This document shows, in pieces, positions 19,449 to 33,500 of a DNA stretch of 64,000 bases. Within the stretch, counting starts at the first letter, position 1. The number at the start of each line of letters is the position of its first letter. The stretch is from contig NIVC01000380.1 of the NCBI GenBank assembly GCA_002269645.1, positions 186,001-250,000 on the forward strand, written 5' to 3'. The stretch comes from Macrostomum lignano (lineage: Eukaryota). Position numbers and translations under genes: made by a program. The notes under the pieces were generated by a model. The model did no database searches. It was not told the DNA's origin and worked only from the letters and a program-made list of their open reading frames with translations.

Positions 19449-22064
19449 TGGCGAAGAAGTTCAAAAGCCTGAAGCTGCCGATGGAAGCGAGGCAGTCGAC
19501 AAAACTAATAATAGTCAAGGCTAGCTCGTATTAGTCAGCACGATGAACACGAAGCGGAATGAATCAGGTTTGAAATGAAAATAAACTAATTAGTAAATAT
19601 AGCTATTGATACTCAAAAAATTCAAATTGAAATGTTTAGATTTTTAGTAGAGTGTATCGAGCTATCTGCAAGTTTTGTGTTGTTTTTATGATTCGACACG
19701 GTTCATTGATTTACTATAATTTGAAAATTAATTTTCTGGCAAAAACTCTTTTCACTCAGTCACCCACAGAGCTATGATTTGAAGGCGGAATTCTGAAGTC
19801 ATTAAGTTATTTCGATGTTTATAGTGCGTTTGTCTGCGTGTGTTTTTAACTGTCTTGTTCGATTAAGTCATCAAAAAACTACGCTCAAAATTATCTCGGA
19901 CTTGTAAAAACAATTTTTAATACACATACTAGTTTAGTACAATTATAACTAACTCTCAGCTCGTACATATAACATGTACGCTTGCATAAACTAACATATG
20001 TTACATTTTTTCCTCTCTTTGATCGATTTTCAAAGTGTTATCTGTGTCTTCAGTTTTGACGGCTTAGCATATGGTTCGCAATAACTAGTAGTAGACATAT
20101 AATTGCTGATATATAAATTATTTAATACAGATAGTAAATACATGTATTTTTGCACAAATTTGAATTTCAATTATGACGAGCTGATCGACATTCAAAATGT
20201 ATATGTATGCGGTGCAAGTATTTTTTGGGCATTCTTTTCAATCGCGTTCAGAATTAAATTGTAATTACATGTATACCTACATAATGTTGCATGTACAAAA
20301 CGTTCAAATTAGCTGTCCTGTGGGCGCTGCCCGGCCAAGAGGGGGGGGGCAACTGTTTTTAAATGGACGATCGAGGCGGTCTTAGAATTTGGGCCTCCGG
20401 CGAAGCAACTGGAGGTCCTCTTGTTTTCTAAATATGATCCTGTAAAATACTAAACCAGCATGTCAGAGAGCTAAAGCACTTTTACCATGGACTATTGAGC
20501 TGAATACCCGAAAGACATGCTATTAACAACTCTAGTAGTTGTGAGAATGAGGTACAATTTAAATACTTCGATAGTAAAGTGCAACTACGAATACATTAAA
20601 CGTTTTATAAAAATATATTTAAAACTTAAAATACGTCAGCTACATTAAAATTATTAGGTTTATTAAATAGCTTTGTTTTAATGTTTAGTTCTAAATTTTA
20701 AACCTTTTACTTTCTGCGAAACAACATATTTACAAGACAAGATGACGATATGGTCGATATCCATCTCTTCGCTTGAATTACCTTTTGGTTCTGTTGTCTT
20801 TTTCTGTTTACTTTACAATACTCACTTCATGCTTCATACTCACTTTATGCCGACACACCAAATGAATCATGTTACTTTTTTTTCTCTCTCGAATCTTATC
20901 TTATTCATTATTGTCTCGGGCCTCTTGCTCTGCCTCTATAGGCTCTATGTACTTCGTTTTTTGCATTATTTGCTTATTAGTAATATTGGTTCTAGCTATA
21001 TATCGGCATCGCAATAATTTAAATTACATAAAATCAATTCAACAAGATTTGATATAAAATGTTCTCCTGAAATACAAAAATAAGTAAACAAAATATAGTT
21101 TCTTTTGTATTGGTCAAATGAGCTGCCTCGCCCAAGCCCAAGCCCAAGCCACTTTGTTATTAATAGGGCCCTACTATACTATTAGTATTAGTATATATTA
21201 GCTTAATCAGTTGTGAAATTCTATTATTTCTATGATTGGTTGTTCAAATTAACATTACAATCCCCAGTTCAAGTACTAAAACTAAGAAGTACAAGTATTA
21301 AGGATCATGCTTTGGTTGCTTTGCATAAAGTGAGTAGGCCTAAAATGAAAAAGAAATGCATCCTGGGTTTTTTGTGAGAGACAAGGACAGGTGCAAAATC
21401 ACACCTTGTAGGCCTACCCAATTTTAGGATATGATTTTAAGGGTCAGTGCAATTTTATTACTTTGGAAAACTAGGAATATGGGCATATTATATATATTTT
21501 CTTGTATCCAAAGTATATCTTGTCCTTTTGTCTTGTTTTGTAGATCTTAGGGCCTATTTTAAATTTAAATAAGTGCAAATGAGGCTTGAATTTTAAAAGG
21601 AAAATAGGTTGTAAGACCACCTTAACTGTGTCTACCTTTCAATTTCAGGGTGCAATTTCAAAATTCAGGGTGTATATGCATTGCACCTGCACTATAGTTC
21701 AAAAGGTAACATGTATACTAGGATTTTCTGGCATACAACAAACAAGGGTAGGCCTACTTGCCATTTTTAGCATATATCAAAGTATATTCTAGTATATATG
21801 ACATAGCAGAAACATTGTATCAATGATATATTTTTTGTTCTATAAATGAGGTCTTATAATTTTTTCTAGCATTAGACCTAGTATACACTAATAGTAATAC
21901 ATACTAGCAATCTTCGCCCCCCGTTGGGGGACATCTGTATAGAACCTCTGTTCTCTACAAGTAACAAAAAGATAGCCAAAAAAAGCCTTCACAAAGAAAA
22001 CAGACAAAATACTCAAAGGAAGTGCAATACAAAAAGAAATCATCCCAAGACAGCAAGCATCCCC

Positions 22065-22210
22065 CAGATAGCAAGCATCTTCCAGATTACAAGCAACCCC
22101 CAGATAGCAAGCATCCCCCAGATAGCAAGCATCCCCCAGATAGCAAGCATCCGCCAGATAGCAAGCATCCCCTACATAGATAGCATCCCCAAATAGCAAG
22201 CATCCACCAG
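22065..22210. repeat. 18-bp minisatellite
   Basis: Unit CAGATAGCAAGCATCCCC, about 8 copies. Confidence 0.88.
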
Positions 22211-22294
22211 ACAATAAGTAGCTAGTGCGACAATTTCCTTAGAATTATAGTGGCTCCTTTAAAATTCGCTTACTTTTATGTTTGAAATTGTGTA

Positions 22295-25200
22295 AATTTT
22301 ATGTTTGACATGGTGGCTGTTTTAAGTTCTACATGGCAACTGTTTTATGTTTGAAACGATGGCTTTTTAATGTCAGACATGGTGGCTCTTTTATGTTTTA
22401 CATGGTGGCTCTTTTATGTTTGACATGGTGCCTCTTTATTGTTTGACATGGTGGCTCTTTAATGTTTAACCTGGTGGCTCTTTTATGTTTGAAACAGTGG
22501 CTCTTTTATGTTTGACACAGTGGCTCTTTAATGTTCGACAAAGTGGCTATTTAATGTTTGACAAGGTGGCTTTTAAATGTTTGACATGGTGGCTCCTTAA
22601 TGTTCGAGAAAGTGGCTCTTTAATGTTTTTCATGGTATAGCTCTTTTATGTTCGACATGGTGGCTCTTTTAGGTTTGACATGGTGGCTCTTTTAGGTTTG
22701 ACATGGTGGCTCTTAAATGTTTGACATGGTGGCTCTTTAATGTTCGAGAAAGTGGCTCTTTAATGTTTTTCATGGTATAGCTCTTTTATGTTCGACATGG
22801 TGGCTCTTTTAGGTTTGACATGGTGGCTCTTTTAGGTTTGACATGGTGGCTCTTAAATGTTTGACATGGTGGCTCTTAAATGTTTGACATGGTAGCTCTT
22901 TAATATTCTACATTGTGGCTCTTAAGTGTTCGAAATTGTGGATCTTTTAGGTTTGACATGATGGCTGTTTAATGTTCAACATAGTGGCTCTTTAATATTC
23001 TACATGGTGGCTCTTTTATGTTTAACATGGTGGCTCTTAAATGTTTGACATGGTGGCTCTTTAATGTTCGAAATGGTGGCTCTTTTGTTTTACATGGTGG
23101 CTCTTTAATGTTTGACATGGTGGCTCTTTAATGTTTGACATAAAGTCACTTATATGTTCAAAATGGTGGCTCTTTAATATTTTACATTGTGGCTCTTAAG
23201 TGTTCGACATGGTGGCTCTTTTAGGTTTGACATGATGGCTCTTTTAGGTTTAACATGGTGGCTCTTTTAGGTTTAACATGGTGGCTCTTTTAGGTTTAAC
23301 ATGGTGGCTCTTAAATGTTCGACATGGTGGCTCTTTAATGTTCGACATGGTGGCTCTTTAATAGTCTTCATGTTATAGCTCTTTCATGTTTGACATGGTG
23401 GCTCTTTAATGTTCGAAATGGTGGCTCTTTAATGTTCGAAATGGTGGCTCTTTAATGTTCGAAATGGTGGCTCTTTAATGTTTGACACAAAGTCACATAT
23501 ATGTTTGACATGGTGGCTCTTAAATGTTTGACATGGTGGCTCTTTATGTTTGACATGTTGGCTCTTTTATGTTTGACATGTTGGCTCTTTTATGTTTGAC
23601 ATGGTGGATCTTTAATTTTCGAAATAGTGGCTCTTTAGTGTTCGAAATAGTGGTTCTTTTATTTTCGACATGGTGGCTCTTTTAGGTTTGACATGGTGGC
23701 TCTTTTATGGTTGATATGGTGGCTCTTTAATGTTTAGCATGGTGACTTTTAATGTTTGACATGGTGGCTCTTTAATGTTCGGCATGGTGGCTCTTTAATA
23801 TTCGACATGGTGGCTCTTTAATGTTCGACATGGTGGCTCTTTAATGTTTGACATGGTGGCTCTTTAATGTTTTACATGGTTGCTCTTTTATGTTCGACAT
23901 GGTGGCTCTTTAATGTTTGACATGGTAGCTCTGTTATGTCCGAAATGGTGGCTCTTTAATGTTTGACATAAAGTCACATATATGTTTGACATGGTGGCTC
24001 TTTATGTTTGACATGTTGGCTCTTTTATGTTCGAAATGGTGGCTCTTTTTTGTTCTACATGTTAACTCTTTTTTATTTGATACGGTGGCTTTTTTAATGT
24101 CTGACATGTTGGCTCTTTTATGTTTGACATGGTGGCTCTTTAATGTTCGACAAAGTGGCTCCTAAATGTTTGACATAGTGGCTCTTCAATGTTTGACAAT
24201 GTGGCTTTTGAATGTTTGATATGGTGGCTCTTTAATGTTTGACATGGTAGCTCTGTTATGTTCGACATGGTGGCTCTTCTAGGTTTGACACGAAGGCTCT
24301 TAAATGTTTAACATGGTGGCTCTTTAATGTTTAACATGGTGGCTCTTTAATGTTTCACATGGTGGCTCTTTAATGTTTTACATGGTGGCTCTTTTATGTT
24401 TAACTTGGTAGCTCTTTGTTATTTTACATGGCAGCTCTTTTATGTTCGACATGGTGGCTCTTTAATATTCTTCATGTTATAGCTCTTTCATGTTTGACAT
24501 GGTGGCTCTTTAATGTTCGAAATGGTAGCTCTTTAATGTTTAACACAAAGTCACATATATGTTTGACATGGTGGCTCTTAAATGTTTGACATGGTGGCTC
24601 TTTATGTTTGACATGTTGGCTCTTTTATGTTTGACATGTTGGCTCTTTTATGTTTGACATGGTGGCTCTTTAATGTTCGAAAAAGTGGCTCCTAAATGTT
24701 TAACATAGTGGCTCTTTGATGTTCGAAATAGTGGCTCTTTTATTTTCGACATGGTGGCTCTTTAATGTTCGATATGGTGGCTGTTTAATGTTCGAAATGG
24801 TGGCTCTTTTATGTTTGACATAAAGTCACTTAGATGTTTTACATGGTGCCTCTTAAATATTAGACATGGTGGCTCGTTTAGGTTTGACGTGGTAGCTCTT
24901 TAATGTTCGACATGGTGGCTCTTTAATATTCGATATGTTGGCTCTTTTATGTTTGACATGGTGGCTCGCTTTTGTTCGAAATAGTGGCTCTTTAATATTC
25001 GATATGTTGGCTCTTTTATGTTTGACATGGTGGCTCGTTTTTGTTCAATATGGTGGCTCTTTTTTGTTCTACATGGTAACTCTTTTATATTTGATACGGT
25101 GGCTTTTTTAAAGTCTGACATGTTGGCTCTTTTATGTTTGACATGGTGGCTCTTTAATGTTCGACAAAGTGGCTCCTAAATGTTTGACATAGTGGCTCTT

Positions 25201-25700
25201 TAATGTTTGACAATGTGGCTTTTGAATGTTTGACATGGTGGCTCTTTAATGATAGACATGGTGGCTCTTTTATGTTCGAAATGGTGGCTCTTTAATGTTT
25301 AAAATAGTGGCTCTTTTATGTTCGATATGGTGGCTCTTTAATGTTCGAAAAAGTGGCTCCTAAATGTTTGACATAGTGGCTCTTTGATGTTCGAAATAGT
25401 GGCTCTTTTATGGTCGACATGGTGGCTCTTTAATTAATGTTCGAAATGGTGGCTCTTTAATGTTCGAAATAGTGGCTCTTTTATTTTCGAAATGGTGGCT
25501 CTTTAATCTCGAAATGGTGGCTGTTTAATGTTCGAAATGGTGGCTCTTTTATGTTTGACATAAAGTCACTTATATGTTTTATATGGTGCCTCTTAAATAT
25601 TAGACATGGTGGCTCGTTTAGGTTTGACATGGTGGCTCTTTAATATTCGATATGTTAGCTCTTTTATGTTCGACATGGTGGCTCTTCTATGTTTGACATT
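22295..25700. repeat. 23-bp degenerate satellite, ~3.4 kb, with higher-order duplications
   Basis: Consensus TTTAATGTTTGACATGGTGGCTC; variant units (GACATAAAGTCACATAT) recur at intervals. Confidence 0.96.
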
Positions 25701-25771
25701 GCGCTTCTTTTATGTTTAGAAGTTTTGTGTTTTTAAGGTGTTTTAATAAAAAAAATCTTTTTTGCCCTACT

Positions 25772-25828
25772 AAGATTCGAACCCAGGTCGCTACGTCAGC
25801 ATTCCAGTCTGTTCGCATCTTGGCTATC
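25772..25828 (-). other. tRNA-derived fragment (Pol III A/B boxes), possible SINE head
   Basis: Minus strand reads GATAGCCAAGATGCG...CCTGGGTTCGAATCTTA; no complete cloverleaf or acceptor stem. Confidence 0.45.
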
Positions 25829-26194
25829 TCTTTTCAATTGGAGAACATGAATTGTGGCCCTTATAACTCAATTCTTACAGCAAGTCAATTGAAGTAAAAA
25901 GTTATGACATAATCAATTTCTCAGTCAGCCAGTATCAGTCTCAATTTAAGTTAGCAATATGGTTACGCAATTTTAATCAAGTCGTGTGTGCATTTCTTCG
26001 ACACTGTTTTCAACTTGTTGTGAGGCAATCTTTATCACAATCGGAATTCAGCCAGTCAGTTTTTTCTCTAGCATTCTTACAATGCATTCCAGGTCGAAAG
26101 AGCTGCTTGACCTTTGCAAAAAAGCATGTTTTTCGAATATTTAATCCCTTTATCATTGAGCAATTTCTTAGCCAAGATGCATGTACCGTCCCAG

Positions 26195-26310
26195 GAAAAT
26201 TTCTGATCGAATGGTGCAAGTTTGAAGAAAATCAATTGAGCCATTTTTTCTGAAATCTATCGCATACCTACCCACATACATACAGACAACTCATTTTTAG
26301 TATATAGGAA
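26195..26310 (-). mobile_element. Helitron-like (Lep1-type) 5' terminus
   Basis: Minus strand starts TCCTATATACTAAAAATGAGTTGTCTGTATGTATGT...TCAATTGATTTTCTTCAAACTTGCAC, resembling non-autonomous Helitron 5' ends (recalled pattern). Confidence 0.35.
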
Positions 26311-27575
26311 TCCAAACTATGGCATATGCATACTCTGCATATAAAAAACAAGAATTTGCCTAAACTAGATCTAGGCTTATCTATAAAAGTTAGCATAACC
26401 CATAGATAAGCCTCAGAACATTTAAAAAATTGGAAAGTAGGTCTTTACTCCCCTATATAGCCCACCCCTGGCTTTACCCTCCTGATGCCTATTATCATAA
26501 TATGATCATTACTCATTGAAATTAGGTATAATCAATTAATTAGTGATTTGACAAGTCTTAGATTCTGGATCTGACCCAATCCAATCTATATTTTAGTCTC
26601 TATCTCTCATATGATATAAGAATAAAAAATAAAATAGTAAATTATACCTTACCTTGTTTAATGTTTCTTGATCTAAAATAAGAACTTTTACATATGACTC
26701 TATCCTTGGAAAATAGATAAATAAAATAATTAATTTTTCCACTTATTTGCAGATCTATAAATAGCCAAGACTAGAATAAACAAGCACTTCTATTTGATTG
26801 TTTCAAAGGTATATTTTCTATTATATTATATACCTAATTTATTCTCTATATAGGTCTATAGAATTTAGTAGAAATGATTTTGTTCTATAGTTAATTTGTT
26901 TTTATTATTAGCCCTAAATTAATGGTGAGAGCATAAAAGCTTCTAAAAAGACAAGTTTAGCTAAGTCAAGCATCTTTATAATTGACTATTTAAAATACCT
27001 TGGATTTTAATACAATATAATTTATTTAATCAGTTGGGGATAGAAGACAGATATATAGTGACTTGTCATTCTTATATTTTATAATAGTCTAATATGCCAT
27101 TATTCCATTTGCAACTGTTTAGGCTTGTTTAAAACTTAATTTTTTTTCCAAAATTTAATATGCCTTTTTAGGTGATTTTTCACAAATTTTAGCTTCTACT
27201 TAACTTATCAAAACAAATTTTTTAGTAAAAATGCAATAGAAACAATAATTTTTTTCAATTTAATTTTTTAAGACTTAGATATAAGCTTCTAAATCTTGTC
27301 AAATAGCTTTTAAAATTATTAATAGTCAATATTATTTAATTAATACATTCTTATGCTCCTCTTTAAGCTTTAAAACCATTAGTTGTAAATTTATATAAAT
27401 ATGTATAGACATTTTAAATGTTTTAAATCTCTATTTAGTAAAGGTATACATACTAATGTTTAAAATAAAGTGAAATAAATGTTATCAATTCCTGTCTTAA
27501 AGTTTTGTTCAACTCATTCTCTATAGAACAAAAAACAACTAAAAGCCTACTTTGGAAGATTGACACTTGATAACC

Positions 27576-30500
27576 ATGCTGAAGCCACAGGTGTGGCTGT
27601 CCTTTTTAAAAGGATGCACTCAGCTTATTTTATTTCTAGGCAAGTATCAATAGAAATTCAGCATTTTTTATTGTGTCAAATTTATAGTTTGTTATCTTAT
27701 AATATATATTTTTTTATATTTTAGGAAGCCTATTGCGATACAACCTTTTCTCGCTTGTGTATTTGGTATTTTTGTTAGTCAGTCCACTGGTGCCATTTCA
27801 CAAAGAGAGTGAGTCATGCTTGTGTTTTTTATGAAAGTTATTAATGTAATAAAATAATTATTCAATAATATCTCCACCTTTGCAAAACACAGAACCATTC
27901 CTGATCTACAATGGCGCCCTGCTTGCCTGTAGTGGCCTGTTCACCTTAGCACAGATTGTATTTCAAATTGTGCTGGCTGCCTACCCACCATATGGCAGCC
28001 TTGTTAGTGATTGTAAGTGACAGAATTTATCATTTTCTTTTTATCTTTTACCTGTCATTTTTTAACCTGGATTTTTACTGTCAAACAAGTTAGACAACTG
28101 TTTACAGAAACTGTAGATTATCTGCTGTCAAACTGTTTACAGTGTCTGTAGATGATCTACTGTCAACCTGTTTACAGTGTCTGTAGATGATCTACTGTCA
28201 ACCTGTTTACAGTGTCTGTAGATGATATACTGTCAACCTGTTTACAGTGTCTGTAGATGATATACTGTCAAACTGTTTATAGAAACTGTAGATGATCTAC
28301 TGTCAACCTGTTTACAGTGTCTGTAGATGATCTACTGTCAACCTGTTTACAGTGTCTGTAGATGATCTACTGTCAAACTGTTTATAGAATCTGTAGATGA
28401 TCTACTGTCAAACTGTTTATAGAATCTGTAGATGATCTACTGTCAAACTGTTTATAGAATCTGTAGATGATCTACTGTCAAACTGTTTATAGAATCTGTA
28501 GATGATCTACTGTCAAACTGTTTACGGTAATATTAAACAGTAAATCAAATTTCCCATATTATCCAGGCTCCCTGGACCTGGCACTCCGCCAGATTGGTTT
28601 ACAATCCTTCGCTGATACGCAGGCTCAACATCTGGTTCGCCTGTTGCTGGCTGAACCTTTGACCTTAATTGTTAGCGCCGTATCGATCGGCATTGGCACG
28701 CGCAACAGGGATTGGTTGTTTCAGAGCTACCCTGCAGCCTCCGCCGCGGCCCCGCCTTCACCTGAACAGTCTGTTGTGTGTGCTGGAATTGACGCTACGG
28801 ATGGGGTTGCAGGTGAGGTATTGTGTAATTGTCACTATAGACAGTCAGATTGTCACTGACAGTCAGATTGTCACTATAGACAGTCAGATTGTCACTATAG
28901 ACAGTCAGATTGGCACTATAGACAGTCAGATTGTCACTATAGACAGTCAGATTGTCACTATAGACAGTCAGATTGTCACTATAGACAGTCAGATTGTCAC
29001 TATAGACAGTCAGATTGTCACTGACAGTCAGATTGTCACTATAGACAGTCAGATTGTCACTATAGACAGTCAGATTGTCACTATAGACAGTCAGATTGGC
29101 ACTATAGACAGTCAGATTGTCACTATAGACAGTCAGATTGTCACTATAGACAGTCAGATTGTCACTATAGACAGTCAGATTGTCACTATAGACAGTCAGA
29201 TTGTCACTATAGACAGTCAGATTGTCACTATAGACAGTCAAATTGTCACTATAGACAGTCAGATTGTCACTATAGACAGTCAGATTGTCACTATAGACAG
29301 TCAGATTGTCACTATAGACAGTCAGATTGTCACTATAGACAGTCAGATTGTCACTATAGACAGTCAGATTGTCACTATAGACAGTCAGATTGTCACTATA
29401 GACAGTCAGATTGTCACTATAGACAGTCAGATTGTCACTATAGACAGTCAGATTGTCACTATAGACAGTCAGATTGTCACTATAGACAGTCAGATTGTCA
29501 CTATAGACAGTCAGATTGTCACTACAGACAGTCAAATTGTCACTATAGACAGTCAGATTGGCACTATAGACAGTCAGATTGTCACTATAGACAGTCAGAT
29601 TGTCACTATAGACAGTCAGATTGTCACTATCGACAGTCAGATTGTCACTATAGACAGTCAGATTGTCACTGACAGTCAGATTGTCACTATAGACAGTCAG
29701 ATTGTCACTATAGACAGTCAGATTGTCACTATAGACAGTCAGATTGGCACTATAGACAGTCAGATTGTCACTATAGACAGTCAGATTGTCACTATAGACA
29801 GTCAGATTGTCACTATAGACAGTCAGATTGTCACTATAGACAGTCAGATTGTCACTATAGACAGTCAGATTGTCACTATAGACAGTCAAATTGTCACTAT
29901 AGACAGTCAGATTGTCACTATAGACAGTCAGATTGTCACTATAGACAGTCAGATTGTCACTATAGACAGTCAGATTGTCACTATAGACAGTCAGATTGTC
30001 ACTATAGACAGTCAGATTGTCACTATAGACAGTCAGATTGTCACCATAGACAGTCAGATTTTCACTATAGACATTCAAATTGTCACTGACAGTCAGATTG
30101 TCACTATAGACATTCAAATTGTCACTGATTGCCAGTTTACTATTTAATCTCCGGTCACTTTGCAGCAACAGAGGCGCAACAAGTCGCAGATGACCATCAC
30201 ACGCTGTCGATGGGTTTAAGGAAACTACGATCAATGCTGCTACATTTTTTGCTACTCTGCATTCTGTGCTCATGCGCTGTGTGCTCACCATCTGTGACCA
30301 CTAGCGTGTATATTGTAGCATTCCTGTTGGCTCTGCTAGTGTGGTCTATCGGTGGCCCAGGGCCAGACTCTCTAGCTATTGAGCGGGCTCGCCAGTGTAT
30401 GGCTATGTACGCTGCATTGCATCTGCTGGTTGTGTTCTGCTATCAGCTGCCCGTCACGCACCATATTCAAGGCCTGGAGCCCAACTCTACGGCTGCTAGG

Positions 30501-33500
30501 TAAATGTTCTTAATGTCTCTATGGGTCATTGGTCATTAGATTTCTATGGGTCATTGGTCATTAGATTTCTATAGGTCATTGGTCATTAGATTTCTATGGG
30601 TCATTGGTCATTAGATTTCTATGGGTCATTGGTCATTAGATTTCTATGGATCATTGGTCATTAGATATCTATGGGTCATTGGTCATTAGGTATCTATGGG
30701 TCATTGATCATTACATATCTATGGGTCATTGATCATTAGATATCTATGGGTAGCTGGTCATTAGATATCTATGGGTAGCTGGTCATTAGATATTTATGGG
30801 TAGCTGGTCATTAGATATCTATGGGTCATTGGTCATTAAATATCTATGGGTCATTGATCATTACATATCTATGGGTCATTGATCATTAGATATCTATGGG
30901 TAGCTGGTCATTAGATTTCTATGGGTCATTGGTCATTAAATATCAATGGGTCATTGATCATTACATATCTATGGGTCATTGATCATTAGATATCTATGGG
31001 TAGCTGGTCATTAGATATCTATGGGTAGCTGGTCATTAGATATCTATGGGTAGCTGGTCATTAGATATCTATGGGTCATTGGTCATTAGATATCTATGGG
31101 TAGCTGGTCATTAGATATCTATGGGTAGCTGGTCATTAGATATCTATGGGTAGCTGGTCATTAGATATCTATGGGTCATTGGTCATTAGATATCTATGGG
31201 TAGCTGGTCATTAGATATCTATGGGTAGCTGGTCATTAGATATCTATGGGTCATTGGTCATTAGATATCTATGGGTCATTGGTCATTAGATATCTATGGG
31301 TAGCTGGTCATTAGATATCTATGGGTCATTGGTCATTAGATATCTATGGGTCATTGATCATTAAATATCTATGGGTCATTGGTCATTAGATATCTATGGG
31401 TCATTGGTCATTAAATATCTATGGGTCATTGGTCATTAGATATCTATGGGTCATTGATCATTACGTAGCTCGTGTGTGTTGGTTGTGGCAGTCATTGAAT
31501 GTGTCCAATACAATCTACAAACACAACCCATTATCTAGAATGATGGGCCTGTACTACATGATCGAATCCAACTGTTCCACTAACGAAGTGTACTTCGATC
31601 GCCAAATTCGAGCAAACGAATATATCGAGCCTCTACTGTTGATTGGCTTTTATTTCTTTGCCTGCATGGTTATGTACCTGTGGAAAACCGATCCCTATCG
31701 GCGAAGGGTGAGTTAGCTGTTTAGGAATCGTACTTTTATTGTTTTATAACCACTTTTTAACTTAGTAACCTAGAAAAGATTTTTGAAGTTTTAATTGATT
31801 GAAATTCTGCGTTGTTTTGCATGAAGCACAAGTCTCCGGAGATAAAACATTGCTTCCCTCCTCACAGCACCAACCACCCCACAGCACCCACCACAGCACA
31901 GCACCCACCACACCACAGCACCCACCACCCCACAGCACCCACCACACCACAGCACCCACCACCCCACAGCACCCACCACACCACAGCACCCACCACCCCA
32001 CAGCACCCACCACCCCACAGCACCCACCACACCACAGCACCCACCACACCACAGCACCCACCACCCCACAGCACCCACCACACCACAGCACCCAACACAC
32101 CACAGCACCCACCACCCCACAGCACCCACCACCCCACAGCACCCACCACCCCACAGCACCCACCACACCACAGCACCCACCACCCCACAGCACCCACCAC
32201 ACCACAGCACCCACCACCCCACAGCACCCACCACACCACAGCACCCACCACCCCACAGCACCCACCACACCACAGCACCCACCACCCCACAGCACCCACC
32301 CCCAAAGCACCCCACAGAACCCTCGACAGAACCTACCCCACAGCACCCACCACCTCACAGCACCCACCCCCACAGCACCCACCCCCACAGCACCCAACAC
32401 ACCACAGCACCCACCACCCCACAGCACCCACCACCCCACAGCACCCACCACCCCACAGCACCCACCACACCACAGCACCCACCACCCCACAGCACCCACC
32501 ACACCACAGCACCCACCACCCCACAGCACCCACCACACCACAGCACCCACCACCCCACAGCACCCACCACACCACAGCACCCACCACCCCACAGCACCCA
32601 CCCCCAAAGCACCCCACAGAACCCTCGACAGAACCTACCCCACAGCACCCACCACCTCACAGCACCCACCCCCACAGCACCCACCCCCACAGCACCCACC
32701 CCACAGCACCCACCCCCCACAGCACCCACCCCACAGCACCCACCACCCCACAGCACCCACCCCCACAGCACCCTTTATACAGTGAACTGTATAAAGTAAA
32801 CTGTTGTGGCTACAAAGAATTGTCAGATTTAAACAAACGCAACTGTATCTAAATTTTTTAAATGCTCAACTTTTCAGCTCAAGATTTCTTTCTTGTCCAC
32901 CCGTTTACCAGAAATTTTATCTAGTACTAGTGTACTCTCAATATGTAATTTTAGATTAGTCAGTTATTATAATTGTTAATTTAAACAAAGAATATTTAAA
33001 TTGCACTCAATTTAGCACCGAGTATGCGAGTTGACCATACAGGTGCCAACACCTGATGCTGACCAATCTGTAAGTTAATAATATTCATAGTTTTAGTAAT
33101 AGTAATAATCAGCATTAATATCTGATTATAGTTCTTATATATTGTTAGCAAATTGGTTTTGTTTCATTTTTTTCTGGTAAATTATTTTACTATTAATTTA
33201 AATTTTTAATCCCATTACTTTGAGTTAGGACATCAATGGGGGTATTGTATGAAGTTATGGTTGAAGCTTTGCTCCCTAGATAGCAGCTGTAACCTATGCA
33301 TTTAAACCTGCACAAGTAAGATAATATATAATGGAGCACCTGAGTTAATCAATGAGTTTTTTTCTGTTGTTGTGTTACAAACTGTTTTAAACAAATTTTA
33401 ACGAAAATGGTACATTATAACGAGGCGGCCCAGGCTCGATTCCAAGTGCAGTCGCTATTAACTTGGGGCTAAATTGGAATCTCGGCTTGGCTCTGCTCGT

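Noticed and set aside
21307-21335. ATG...AA|GTGAGT as a candidate Piezo first exon
   Set aside because: Phase 2 does not match the phase-1 acceptor at 27725; the GC-donor exon at 27576-27639 fits both phase and length.
28669-30291. 492/498-aa ORFs of IDSQIVT / YSDNLTV heptads resembling a repeat or antifreeze protein
   Set aside because: They are the 21-bp minisatellite inside a phase-consistent Piezo intron (28813-30165).
31762-32852. His/Pro/Thr-rich and Gly/Cys/Trp-rich ORFs resembling mucin or keratin-associated proteins
   Set aside because: Translation of the C/A-rich intronic minisatellite in several frames on both strands.
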